NCBI GenBank assembly: GCA_965215005.1
Contig: CBDCCZ010000018.1
Coordinates: 160,001 to 224,000 of the forward strand
DNA: 64,000 bases
Source: Kofleriaceae bacterium
GTDB taxonomy: Bacteria; Myxococcota_A; Polyangia; Haliangiales; Haliangiaceae
Direction: 5' to 3'
A program made the translations under genes and the position numbers. The notes under the pieces are model-generated. The model was not told the origin of the DNA, made no database searches, and saw only the letters and a program-made list of their open reading frames with translations. Shown piece by piece: positions 44,482 to 53,795 of the stretch (the stretch's first letter is position 1; every line of letters begins with the position of its first letter).

Positions 44482-47262
44482 TCAAGGAATGCTGAGCTCG
44501 AGGGTCACCAACTCGTCACCGGGGGCGAGCACCAGCGGCGTGCTCGCACGAGCCTGGCCATGCTCAGCAATGAGCTCGATGCTGCCGGTGGCGACGTCGC
44601 GCAGGCGGAAGTTGCCGTCTTGATCGGTCGTGGTGCTGACTCCCGCGGCGACAACGCGGGCGCCGGCGAGGCGGCTACCGTCGGCGTCGCGAACCGTCCC
44701 GGCGAGGGTCGCGCCGCGCTCGAGCGCAATGGCCAGCGGTTGCGGCCTCGCCGAGGAAATTTCGCCAGCGATAGAGCGCGCCGCGTAACCGGGCAGCGCG
44801 GCGCGAAAGGTCCACGAGCCAAACCCCAGCGGGCCAAGGCTAGCGGTGCCATCGGCGCCGGTGCGGCCCTCGATGGCGGCGCCGCCTGGGCCGCGTCCCG
44901 TGAGCGCCACGCCGGGCAGCGCGGCTCGCGTGTGGGCGTCGGTCAAGGAAATCGCCACGGTACCGCCGGCAGGCAAGCGCAGCTCGTCGGTAGAATCGGT
45001 GGCGACAGACGTCAGCAGCGGCGGCGAGTGCGGAGAGCGCACCTCGAGCTGATACGTTCCCGGCGCCAAGGCGGCGATGCGGAGGGTGCCGTGCTCATCG
45101 GTTCGCGCCTGGCGACCGCGACCGCTCGGCCCGGAAAGGATGCGCGCCATGGCATCACGGGCTGGAAATCCAGCTGCGTCGACGACTCGCAGCTGCAAGG
45201 TGGCATCTTGCGCCGCGAGCTCGAAGCTCTCTTCTTGCCGCTGCGCTTGCAAGCCACCGCTGCTCAACACGAGCTCGCGCTCGCGCTCACCGAAGCCTTC
45301 CGCAGTCACCACGACCGTCACCGCGCCGGCCAGCGCCCGCAGTGTGTAATTGCCGCGGTCGTCGGTAATTGCCTTGGCAACCACACGCGCCGACTCGCCC
45401 TGCCCTTCCAGCACTCGCACCCGCGCTCCGGCAACTGCTCCAGCAGGGCCCAAAATTCGGCCCCATACGACCGTCCCCGCCGCCAACGTGAGCGCAATCC
45501 CGGTTATTTCTTCTCCGGCACGAACGGTCAGCGGCTTGCTCGAGCCGGGCGCGAGCTCGGCATCGAACGCGGTGACGACATAGCGGCCTGCAGCGATGCC
45601 CTCTAGGATGAAGCGCCCCTCGCCATCGGTCACCACTCGCTCCGGCGGTGCGGGCACTTGCGAGGCAGTGTCGGAGACCTCCGCCTCGAGCGCTGCCACT
45701 AGCACCGGCTCCTCGAGGGTCGCCGCCACCGGCAACACCACCGCGTGCCGCAACATCGGCTCCGGGTCGACGAACCAGCTGCGGCCGCCGTGCTCGAGCG
45801 ACATCGCAAAATGCAGATGCGGTGCTGAGCGAAGGATTCCGGTGCGGCCGAGGGTGCCGATGGGCTCGCCCGCGCGAACGCGGGTCCCGGGCGCCAGATC
45901 CGCGCGCAGCTCGTCGAGATGAATGTAATAGGTCATCACCCCGCCGCGATGCTCGAGCACGATGAAGCGGCCGGAGATGCCGCGACTCTGCCGGATCGCG
46001 GCGACTACCACGCCGTCGGCAGCCGCATGAACGGTGCTGCCGCGCTCACGGCCGAGATCGACGCCGCAGTGACCACGCCCGCACTCGGCCGGTCTGGTTC
46101 CGGACCGAGCCGCACCAAACTGCAATGCCTCGCGCCCCGGCAGCCGCCGCGTCCCCGCCAGCGGATGCACCCAACGCAGCCCGGTGGCGCGGCTGGCGGC
46201 GAGACCGGCGGCGCCCCCCGTCTTGCCGCCCGGACCATGGCCGGCCAACACCACCTGCGCGCCCCTCACCGGCCCGCCCCGGCCATCGACAACCCGCCCC
46301 GCGATGGTCCCGCCAGGCGCCAGCACCACGGTGATGGCGGCCTGATCCTGGTGTGCCGTCAACACCGGCTGGGCGGTGGCCACATGCCCCGGCGCGCTCG
46401 CCTCGAGGCGCCAACGCCCGCGCGGCAGCGCTGCGACGACAAAGTCGCCCTGCGCCGTGGCGCTGGCGGTCATCACCGCATGATCGACGTCGAGCGGCAC
46501 CAACGCGATGGTCGCGGCGAGGCCGTCGCCGCCGCCATCAACCACCCGTCCGCGCACCGCCGTCCCCGGCTCGAGCGCAAGCTGCAGCGGCGCCGCGTCG
46601 GCTTCGACCTCGGCGCGCACCAGCGGCGACACCGCCGCGCCGCGGTGGGCCCACAGCTCGACGATGCCGGGCGCCAGCTCGTCGAAACGCGCCTGTCCCG
46701 CGGCATCGGTTTGGGCGCTGCGCGCAGGGCCTCCGCTGCCGTCGCGCAGCATCACCTCGGCACCAGCGACCGGCCTGCCCGCCTCGCGCACCTGGGCGAG
46801 CACGGTAATTCGGCGGGTGGCCAGGATGCGCGGCGGCTCGGCGGCGGGACGCCAAGCGACCTTGGCCGCGAACACCGGCGCGCCGCTCAGGAGCAACGAG
46901 CTCGGCGTGGCATCTCCCAGGCGAAACGCGCCCTCGGCGTCGGTTTTGGTCAGCTCCTGCACGCCGTCGGCGACTGCCGCGGCAATGGTGACGCCTTCGA
47001 TGGCGGCGCCCGCGCGGTCGATGACGTAGCCCGACACCGGCAGCGGCTGCAGGCGCGGCGGCTCGCGCGCAGCGCCGGGCGCCGTCGACTGCGGCGCCGC
47101 CTCTGGGCTGGCCGGCGTTGCGGTAGTCGAGGCCGCCAGCACCAGGGCGCCGCCCACGGCTGCGACCGCCGCCGCGACCACTGCGACGCGCCACGGCCTT
47201 CGGCGCTCGAGCGCAGCGCGGCGAGCAATCATTGCGCCGGCGTTATGCAGTGCCCAGGCCAT
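44482..47262 (-). CDS. Carboxypeptidase-regulatory-like repeat protein with an embedded M23 peptidase domain
   Basis: TM; repeated GxVxD..G..GA.V / TD..G.F modules; HCGVDL, YIHL and PHLHF motifs; start 47262 or 47232. Confidence 0.8.
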   Translation of the reverse strand: MAWALHNAGAMIARRAALERRRPWRVAVVAAAVAAVGGALVLAASTTATPASPEAAPQSTAPGAAREPPRLQPLPVSGYVIDRAGAAIEGVTIAAAVADGVQELTKTDAEGAFRLGDATPSSLLLSGAPVFAAKVAWRPAAEPPRILATRRITVLAQVREAGRPVAGAEVMLRDGSGGPARSAQTDAAGQARFDELAPGIVELWAHRGAAVSPLVRAEVEADAAPLQLALEPGTAVRGRVVDGGGDGLAATIALVPLDVDHAVMTASATAQGDFVVAALPRGRWRLEASAPGHVATAQPVLTAHQDQAAITVVLAPGGTIAGRVVDGRGGPVRGAQVVLAGHGPGGKTGGAAGLAASRATGLRWVHPLAGTRRLPGREALQFGAARSGTRPAECGRGHCGVDLGRERGSTVHAAADGVVVAAIRQSRGISGRFIVLEHRGGVMTYYIHLDELRADLAPGTRVRAGEPIGTLGRTGILRSAPHLHFAMSLEHGGRSWFVDPEPMLRHAVVLPVAATLEEPVLVAALEAEVSDTASQVPAPPERVVTDGEGRFILEGIAAGRYVVTAFDAELAPGSSKPLTVRAGEEITGIALTLAAGTVVWGRILGPAGAVAGARVRVLEGQGESARVVAKAITDDRGNYTLRALAGAVTVVVTAEGFGERERELVLSSGGLQAQRQEESFELAAQDATLQLRVVDAAGFPARDAMARILSGPSGRGRQARTDEHGTLRIAALAPGTYQLEVRSPHSPPLLTSVATDSTDELRLPAGGTVAISLTDAHTRAALPGVALTGRGPGGAAIEGRTGADGTASLGPLGFGSWTFRAALPGYAARSIAGEISSARPQPLAIALERGATLAGTVRDADGSRLAGARVVAAGVSTTTDQDGNFRLRDVATGSIELIAEHGQARASTPLVLAPGDELVTLELSIP

Positions 47263-47502
47263 GAGCGCAAGTCGCGTCTGGCGCTGACGCTGCCGGCGCC
47301 ATCTCCACCGCGCCGCGGGTGTGCCGGGGTATCCGTGGGGCAAATCGAGCAGCTCGTTCCCGAGACGATCGCGCCGCGCGCGTGCCGGGTTGTCGCTCCG
47401 CCGCTCGCGATCACGCCAGCGTGGCAACCGCGAGACCTCGCCCGCACGCGGAGAACGAGCCCCTGCCCGTGATACGCTGCCCCTTCGCCACAAGGAGCGC
47501 CC

Positions 47503-48192
47503 ATGGACTTCATCTTCATGTTGACGCGGTCGGACCGCACCATCGAAGACTGCCTCGAGGTGCTCGACGACGCGCTCGCGGTGGGCCTTGGCCACATTGG
47601 ATTCAAGGACGTCGGGGTTGCGCCCTCTCTCCTGGAAGCGCTGGTCGCCCGCATCCGCGCCGCCGGCGCCACCAGCTACATGGAGGTCGTGAGCACCAGC
47701 GCCGCGGCCTGCCTCGCCTCCGCCGACACCGCCGCCGCCATCGGAGTGGATCGCCTGCTCGGCGGCACCGACGTAGCGGCCATGCTGGCGCGGCTCGCCG
47801 GTTCAAACGTGCAGTATTTCCCGTTTCCAGGGCGTCCTTTCGACCATCCCACCAAGCTCGCCGGCGATGTGGCCACCGTTGAGCTCCATTGTCGCCGATT
47901 CATCGAGGCGGGCTGCGCCGGGTGCGATCTTCTTGCCTATCGCGCCACCGAGGCCGAGCCGCTAGAGCTCGTCCGCGCCGCGCGACGCGGCCTGGGCGCC
48001 GGCGGCACGCTCATTTGCGCCGGCAGCGTCGGGACCGCCGCGCAGATCGCCGCGCTCGCCGCCGCTGGCTGCGACGCGTTCACCGTCGGCTCGGCAGCAT
48101 TCCGCGGCGAGTTCTCGCCCACCAAAGGCGGCCTGCGCGCGCAGCTCCGCGACATTCTCGCTGCCAGCGAGGCTGCCAACGAGCCGGCATGA
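47503..48192 (+). CDS. Uncharacterised TIM-barrel protein (ribulose-phosphate-binding barrel-like)
   Basis: AAGGAG SD; HIGFKDVG, YMEVVS; C-terminal phosphate-binding motif ICAGSV..AGCDAFTVGSAAF. Confidence 0.7.
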   Translation: MDFIFMLTRSDRTIEDCLEVLDDALAVGLGHIGFKDVGVAPSLLEALVARIRAAGATSYMEVVSTSAAACLASADTAAAIGVDRLLGGTDVAAMLARLAGSNVQYFPFPGRPFDHPTKLAGDVATVELHCRRFIEAGCAGCDLLAYRATEAEPLELVRAARRGLGAGGTLICAGSVGTAAQIAALAAAGCDAFTVGSAAFRGEFSPTKGGLRAQLRDILAASEAANEPA

Positions 48193-49475
48193 CCGACGAT
48201 CCACTCTCCGCGCTGGTCGCCGGCACTTTCGGTGACCCACGAGGCGGCCCGCCGCTGGACGTGGGGGTGCGTAGCGTCGTCATCGATGACCTCGGCGGGC
48301 GCGAAGCCGAGCTGGTGTCGACGCTCGAGCTCGGCGGCTATATCGCCGTCGTCAGCGACGCCGATACCCACGGCATCCTCGGCTCTCGCGTCGAGCGCGC
48401 GCTGGCGAGCGTGGCAAGAATCCAGCGCATCGTGCTCGAGCGCCGTCCCCGCGCCGATGAAGCGACCGCTGCGCGACTCGCCGCGCAGCTGCCCGAGGGA
48501 GTCGAAGCGGTCGTCGCAGTTGGCTCCGGCACCATCAACGACCTCTGTAAGATCACCGCCCATCGTCGCGGTCACGACTACGTCGTCTTCGGCACCGCGC
48601 CGTCGATGAATGGCTATACGTCGATGAACGCCTCCATCAGCGGCGGCGGTGCGAAGCGCTCGTTGCCCGCCCGCGCTCCGGTCGGCGCGTTCTTTGATTT
48701 AGCGACGATCGCGGCCGCGCCACCGCGGATGCTCCGCGCGGGCCTTGGCGAATGCGCGTGCCGCCCCACTGCGCAGACCGACTGGCTACTGTCCCATCTG
48801 CTTCTCGGTACGCCCTACCGCGAGCTGCCGTTTGCGATTCTCGCGGCGGATGAAGCTGCCCTGTTCGCAGAGCCCGAAGCGCTTCTCGCCGGCGATCGCA
48901 CCGTCATACGTCATCTGATGCGCAGCCTGATCTTGTCGGGCTTTGGCATGACGATCTCCGGTGGCAGCTATCCTGCGAGTCAGGGCGAGCATTTGATTTC
49001 GCACTACTTCGACATCCGCCGCCGTGACGACGACCCAGCGCCGCTGCATGGCGAACAAATGGCAGTCACCACGGTGTACATGGCGAGACTGCAGGAGCGC
49101 ATGTTGCGCAGCGGGCAGGCGCCTGTGCTGCAGTCATCGCCTCTGAGTCAAGCCGACGTCATTGGCCATTTCGGACCCCAGGTCGGTCAGCACTGCTGGG
49201 AAGAACTACAGCGCAAAGAGCTCTCCGAGCCGCAGCTCGGGCTGGTCAACGAGCGTCTCGCCGCCCGCTGGAGCTCGATGCGCGCCCAGCTGTTAAGCGT
49301 GGCACGACCTGCCGCGGAGCTCGCCACCATCCTGCAAGCGGCCGGTGCCGCCACGGATCCCGCGGCACTCGGTTGGACGGGCGAGCAGTTCGCACAAGCC
49401 TGCAACAGGGCTCGGCAGCTGCGCGATCGCTTCACCTTCCTCGATTTCGCAGCCCTTGCTCGCGGCTCGCGCTAG
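48189..49475 (+). CDS. sn-glycerol-1-phosphate dehydrogenase-like (AraM/EgsA; dehydroquinate synthase-like fold)
   Basis: AVGSGTINDLCK, TAPSMNGY, SQGEHLISH and LHGEQ motifs; ATGA overlap with upstream gene. Confidence 0.8.
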   Translation: MTDDPLSALVAGTFGDPRGGPPLDVGVRSVVIDDLGGREAELVSTLELGGYIAVVSDADTHGILGSRVERALASVARIQRIVLERRPRADEATAARLAAQLPEGVEAVVAVGSGTINDLCKITAHRRGHDYVVFGTAPSMNGYTSMNASISGGGAKRSLPARAPVGAFFDLATIAAAPPRMLRAGLGECACRPTAQTDWLLSHLLLGTPYRELPFAILAADEAALFAEPEALLAGDRTVIRHLMRSLILSGFGMTISGGSYPASQGEHLISHYFDIRRRDDDPAPLHGEQMAVTTVYMARLQERMLRSGQAPVLQSSPLSQADVIGHFGPQVGQHCWEELQRKELSEPQLGLVNERLAARWSSMRAQLLSVARPAAELATILQAAGAATDPAALGWTGEQFAQACNRARQLRDRFTFLDFAALARGSR

Positions 49476-49494
49476 CCAAGAGTTCACGCACCCG

Positions 49495-49521
49495 AGCCCC
49501 CGACCCGTAGGTCGCGGGGCT
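49495..49521. terminator. GC-rich hairpin between convergent genes
   Basis: agcccc-cgacc-cgta-ggtcg-c-ggggct. Confidence 0.45.
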
Positions 49522-49574
49522 TGGGGCCGCGGCTACGCCGACGCCGCGTCGCCATGTCGCAGCGTCATACTCGA

Positions 49575-50801
49575 TTAGCGCTTGCTGAGGATATTCACTT
49601 CCTTGTGGTGCATCGCGAGAAACACCTTTTGCCCCTGGATGAGCTTCTTGGTTTCCTCTTCGAGCTTGCCATTGACTTCCTTTTCCATCTCGTCGGGGCT
49701 GAGCGCGCGTGCCGAGAACTTGATCGTTTGGCCGCCCTTGATATCGATCATGTCAGGGCGCGGCACGTCCTCGCGCACGATGGCGAGAATTCGCTCGCCC
49801 TTGCCAGCACCATCGGCAGTCTTGAGCCAGAACGCCCGATCGGTCACCGCCTCGTCCACCACCGCCTCGCCAGTCACCATGACGTCAACATGGCTGGCGG
49901 GGTCTTTGGCAAACATCGCGTAGTCGATCGCATCGCCTTCGCCCATGCCACCCGCGGCCTGCGCCGCTGGGTCACGGACCGTCTCATTCATGCTGTCTGC
50001 ATCGATGTACAGCACCTCTTCGGCGATCTGCGTGCTGAGCGAGCGATCGAACGCCCATTTCTGCATCGCTTCTTTGGCGGGCGGCATCTTCTGCAGCTTG
50101 CCTTTGACGTCGACCAGCTCACCAACCTCGACACCCGCGGCGTCGAAGCCCTCTGGCGGCTCGACAAAGGTCATCGCCCGATGGCTATACCCAAGCCAAA
50201 GCCCGTTGCCGGCCTTATTCATCACCGGAACCGCGGTTAGCGAGATTTGTCGGTCAACCAATTTCTCCGGCTCCGCCACCGTGTAGATGGTCATCAGCCC
50301 AACGACACCCTCCGGCTCTTCGGTCTCCGACCAGCGGTCGTATTCGCCAACACGGCGGACGGACGTGGCCACCAAGACCGGCTTTCCTTCCCATTCGACC
50401 TCGACCTCTGAGGAGAGATCCCAGCCGGTGTCGCGCTCGACGTCGGTGGTCATCATTCGCACGGTGCCGGTGACGACGACTTCATCGCCGTCTTCGATGG
50501 TCCGGCCGCCGAGGCGCGGCGCATTCTTGGAAACCACCAACAGCTCTTCGTCAAAGAGCCAATCGTTGCCTTCGAGCTCGAACGAGCGCTCGCCGAAGAC
50601 GTTGTCGACCTCGCCGACCAGCGTCACCTGCTTGCCCGCATAGTCGAACGGCTCCTCGGCCACATCTTCAACGGTCGTGGACGCGGTTTCGGGAACTGCA
50701 ACTTCCTCACTCTTGCATGCGCCGGTCAACGCAAGCGCCGCGAGCGGGGGAGCGATCATCCAACGAGACCAAGCTGTCGTAGGTTGTTTAGTGCGTAGCA
50801 T
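49575..50801 (-). CDS. Acidic lipoprotein with three OB-fold-like repeats
   Basis: Lipobox LTGAC; repeats such as GKQVTLVGEV..GDEVVVTGTV and DRQISL..GELVDVKGKL. Confidence 0.7.
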   Translation of the reverse strand: MLRTKQPTTAWSRWMIAPPLAALALTGACKSEEVAVPETASTTVEDVAEEPFDYAGKQVTLVGEVDNVFGERSFELEGNDWLFDEELLVVSKNAPRLGGRTIEDGDEVVVTGTVRMMTTDVERDTGWDLSSEVEVEWEGKPVLVATSVRRVGEYDRWSETEEPEGVVGLMTIYTVAEPEKLVDRQISLTAVPVMNKAGNGLWLGYSHRAMTFVEPPEGFDAAGVEVGELVDVKGKLQKMPPAKEAMQKWAFDRSLSTQIAEEVLYIDADSMNETVRDPAAQAAGGMGEGDAIDYAMFAKDPASHVDVMVTGEAVVDEAVTDRAFWLKTADGAGKGERILAIVREDVPRPDMIDIKGGQTIKFSARALSPDEMEKEVNGKLEEETKKLIQGQKVFLAMHHKEVNILSKR

Positions 50802-50813
50802 GCGCGGGCACTG

Positions 50814-50829
50814 TGCAATCAAGATGCCG
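50814..50829 (-). promoter_or_regulatory. Sigma54 -24/-12 promoter
   Basis: CGGCATCTTGATTGCA on the minus strand (GG-N10-GC with TTGC). Confidence 0.55.
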
Positions 50830-51080
50830 CTTGGCCGCGTTAGCGGTTGAACCGCTGCAGCCGTTCCCGCGAGCGAGAGCACGCAAGAATGGGCAGGCGA
50901 GCGCGGCGAGCCGCCCCTCACGCTGCTGCTTCGCTGCTGCGAACTGCCTCGCTGTGGCGAGTAGGTGCGTGCGCTGCCTACCGCGTCGGGAGCGCGCAAT
51001 CACTCCACCTGCCGCTGAATCCACCCGTGGCCATTGGGTGGCGGCGGCGTTGGGGTTAGCATGGGCGCCTGGGGGTGACC

Positions 51081-52964
51081 ATGCCGAGTATCAACTTTGC
51101 TACGCACGTGTCCGCGGCCATGGGTGCCGCGCGCAATTTTGGCTCGCTACTGCTTCGCAAAGAGAAGCAAGACGAGGTTCTCGACCGCGCGAGATTAGTG
51201 AAGCGCAAGCTGCCAGCAATCGTCCGCGGCCTCAAGCAGATCTCCAAGTCCGACAAGAGCGAGGTCTTGTCGATTGGGACCTATCTAGAAGAAAACGCCC
51301 GCCTGCGCCCCAACGCGCCAGCGCTACTCTTCGAAGATCGCCGCTACACGCACCGACAGCTCAATGAGCAGGCGAATCGCTACGCCAACCTGTTTCGCAG
51401 TCGCGGCGTCCGTAAAGGCGCGGTCGTGGCGATGTTCCTGGAGAACCGTCCGGAGCTGCTGTTTGCGGTCGCCGGCGCTGTCAAGCTCGGCGCCATCGCC
51501 TCTGTCATCAATACCAATCAACGCAAGAGCGTGCTCGTGCACAGCTTCTCGGTCTGCAAAGCCGAGCTGTTCGTGGTTGGGCAGGAGTTGGTAGAGGCGT
51601 TCCAAGAGGTGCGCAGCGAGCTCGGCCAAGCGCGGCGCGAATCGGTGCTGTTCATCGCAGACTCCGCCGACGCGGCAGCGCCTAGCGACATGAGTGACGC
51701 AGCGCCTCTGCTCGCCGAAGCTGCGACTAGCACACCGGCGGAGCTGCGCGCGGTCACGCTCGGCGACCCGTGTTTCTATATCTACACCTCGGGCACGACC
51801 GGCCTGCCCAAAGCATCCATCATGAGCCACTTTCGGTGGGTCAAAGCGGCGGGAGCCTTTGGCACCATCGCGCTCGACATGAAGCCAACGGATGTCATGT
51901 ACGTCGCCTTGCCGCTGTATCACAACAACGCGTTGAGTGTGGCTTGGGGCTCTGCGGCGTGTGCCGGGGCATGTCTCGTCATTCGCCGCAAGTTTAGCGC
52001 GAGCAAGTTCTGGGAAGATGTCCGTCGCTACCGCGCCAACTGCTTTTGCTACATCGGCGAGCTCTGCCGTTATTTGATGAATCAACCCCGGCGGCCGGAT
52101 GATGCGCACAACCCAGTGCAGAAGATCATCGGCAATGGGTTGCGGCCCGACATTTGGAACGACTTCAAAGAACGATTCGACATCGCCGAGGTCTACGAGT
52201 TCTATGCTGCCTCGGAGGGCAACATCGCGTTCGTAAACGTCCTCAATCTCGACAAGACCATAGGCTTTTGCCCTGCGCCTTACGCGATCGTCGAGTACGA
52301 CATCGATCGCGATCAACCGGTTCGTGGCGCCGATGGCTTCCTCACGCGCGTCAAGCGCGGCGGCACGGGTTTGCTCATCGGTGAAGTGTCTGAGAAATAC
52401 GCCTTCGACGGCTACACGGACCCGGTAGCAAGCGAAAAGAAACTCTTGCGCGATGTCTTCGAGCCCGGCGATGTCTGGTTCAACTCGGGCGATCTCCTCA
52501 AGGACCTGGGCTTTCGTCACGCGCAGTTCGTCGACCGCATCGGCGACACGTTCCGTTGGAAGTCGGAGAACGTTTCGACCAATGAGGTCGCGGAGGTCGT
52601 CAACTCATTCGAGCAAGTAGACGAAAGCACTGTGTACGGGGTTCAGATTCCGGGTACCGAGGGACGGGCGGGAATGGCGGCCGTGGTTGCAAATGTGCCG
52701 GTCGACAACCTCGACATCACGGCCCTCAGCCGACACTTGACCTCCGAGTTGCCGGTCTACGCACGGCCGGTGTTCCTGCGCTTTCGACCGGCCCTCGAGG
52801 TGACCGGGACCTTCAAGCAGAAGAAATCCGAGCTGCGCACCGAAGGCTTTGATCCGGCGGCCGTGACCGAGCCCCTGTACGTGCTCTTGCCGGGCACCGA
52901 CCGCTACACCAAGCTCACCGACGACGTCTTCCGCCGCATTCAGGGCGGACAGATGCGCTTCTAG
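51081..52964 (+). CDS. Long-chain acyl-CoA synthetase (FATP/FadD6-like)
   Basis: YIYTSGTTGLPKA, YIGELCRY, GNGLRPDIW, WFNSGDL and DRIGDTFRWKSENVST motifs. Confidence 0.93.
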   Translation: MPSINFATHVSAAMGAARNFGSLLLRKEKQDEVLDRARLVKRKLPAIVRGLKQISKSDKSEVLSIGTYLEENARLRPNAPALLFEDRRYTHRQLNEQANRYANLFRSRGVRKGAVVAMFLENRPELLFAVAGAVKLGAIASVINTNQRKSVLVHSFSVCKAELFVVGQELVEAFQEVRSELGQARRESVLFIADSADAAAPSDMSDAAPLLAEAATSTPAELRAVTLGDPCFYIYTSGTTGLPKASIMSHFRWVKAAGAFGTIALDMKPTDVMYVALPLYHNNALSVAWGSAACAGACLVIRRKFSASKFWEDVRRYRANCFCYIGELCRYLMNQPRRPDDAHNPVQKIIGNGLRPDIWNDFKERFDIAEVYEFYAASEGNIAFVNVLNLDKTIGFCPAPYAIVEYDIDRDQPVRGADGFLTRVKRGGTGLLIGEVSEKYAFDGYTDPVASEKKLLRDVFEPGDVWFNSGDLLKDLGFRHAQFVDRIGDTFRWKSENVSTNEVAEVVNSFEQVDESTVYGVQIPGTEGRAGMAAVVANVPVDNLDITALSRHLTSELPVYARPVFLRFRPALEVTGTFKQKKSELRTEGFDPAAVTEPLYVLLPGTDRYTKLTDDVFRRIQGGQMRF

Positions 52965-52991
52965 TACGGCGCCGCGGGATTGATGACGCAA

Positions 52992-53030
52992 AAATCCGCC
53001 GCCCCGATGCGGGGCAAGGGCGGCAGATTT
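52992..53030 (-). terminator. Intrinsic terminator (13-bp stem), best on the minus strand
   Basis: Minus-strand AAATCTGCCGCCC...GGGCGGCGGATTT followed by Ts; one G-U pair. Confidence 0.6.
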
Positions 53031-53150
53031 CTGCTGCTCAGGCGCCCCCTTCGGCGTCTCCCCAAGCGATTGTTGTTTTCTAGCGGTTCATGACTTCCGC
53101 CGAGAACCACTAGACCTCCAGCTCAGCGCGTTCGCGACGGCAAGCCGGAT

Positions 53151-53609
53151 TCACGGCGTGCCGTCGCCGAGCGCCATGACCTCGAGCTTCACCGGCGCCG
53201 TCCCCTTGTCGAGCATACCGAGCTTACGCGCGGCGGCGCGGGAAAGATCGATCACGCGCTGGTTGCCGCCAAACGGTCCGCGGTCGTTGATCTCCACGGT
53301 CACGGCCTCTTCGTTGCGCAAGTTGATCACTCGCACCTTGCTGCCAAACGGCAAGCGCCGGTGCGCCGCGGTCATGTCGTGCATGTCGAAGGTCTCGCCA
53401 CTCGCGGTCGACTGACCGTGGAACCCTTTGCCATAAAAACTCGCGACCCCGCGCATCACGCGAATGGGCTGCGGCTTCTCCGGCTCCTCGACGTGCGCGA
53501 GTGGCTCGCTGCTACTGCTCGGTGGGGCGTCTGAGCAACCGGCTCCCATTGCAATCAGCCCAGCTGCCATGGCCAGCACGCGGCTGCTCCTCATCTTGCT
53601 TCGTTTCAT
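53151..53609 (-). CDS. rlpA: RlpA-family lytic transglycosylase lipoprotein (DPBB domain)
   Basis: ASFYG..TASGE..TAAHRRLPFG..INDRGPF..IDLS; lipobox GAGC; GAGGAGG SD. Confidence 0.9.
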   Translation of the reverse strand: MKRSKMRSSRVLAMAAGLIAMGAGCSDAPPSSSSEPLAHVEEPEKPQPIRVMRGVASFYGKGFHGQSTASGETFDMHDMTAAHRRLPFGSKVRVINLRNEEAVTVEINDRGPFGGNQRVIDLSRAAARKLGMLDKGTAPVKLEVMALGDGTP

Positions 53610-53795
53610 CTCGACCTCCTCGGCGTAAAGCGCGGCTGGTTTCATCTCTCATGCCAGTTGGCCGCAGCGGCAGGGCCACCAACGTGGGTCACCTTGCCAC
53701 GCTGGGCTCTTCGTCACGCGCAACTCTATGGGCGCCGCGACGAGCGCTCGACTGCTCATGAATCGCTTGCGCCGCGCGTGGTAAAGGAGAAAGCC

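Noticed and set aside
47503..48192. Naming this gene pcrB/GGGPS or pdxA
   Set aside because: Diagnostic motifs of neither family are visible; only a generic barrel phosphate site
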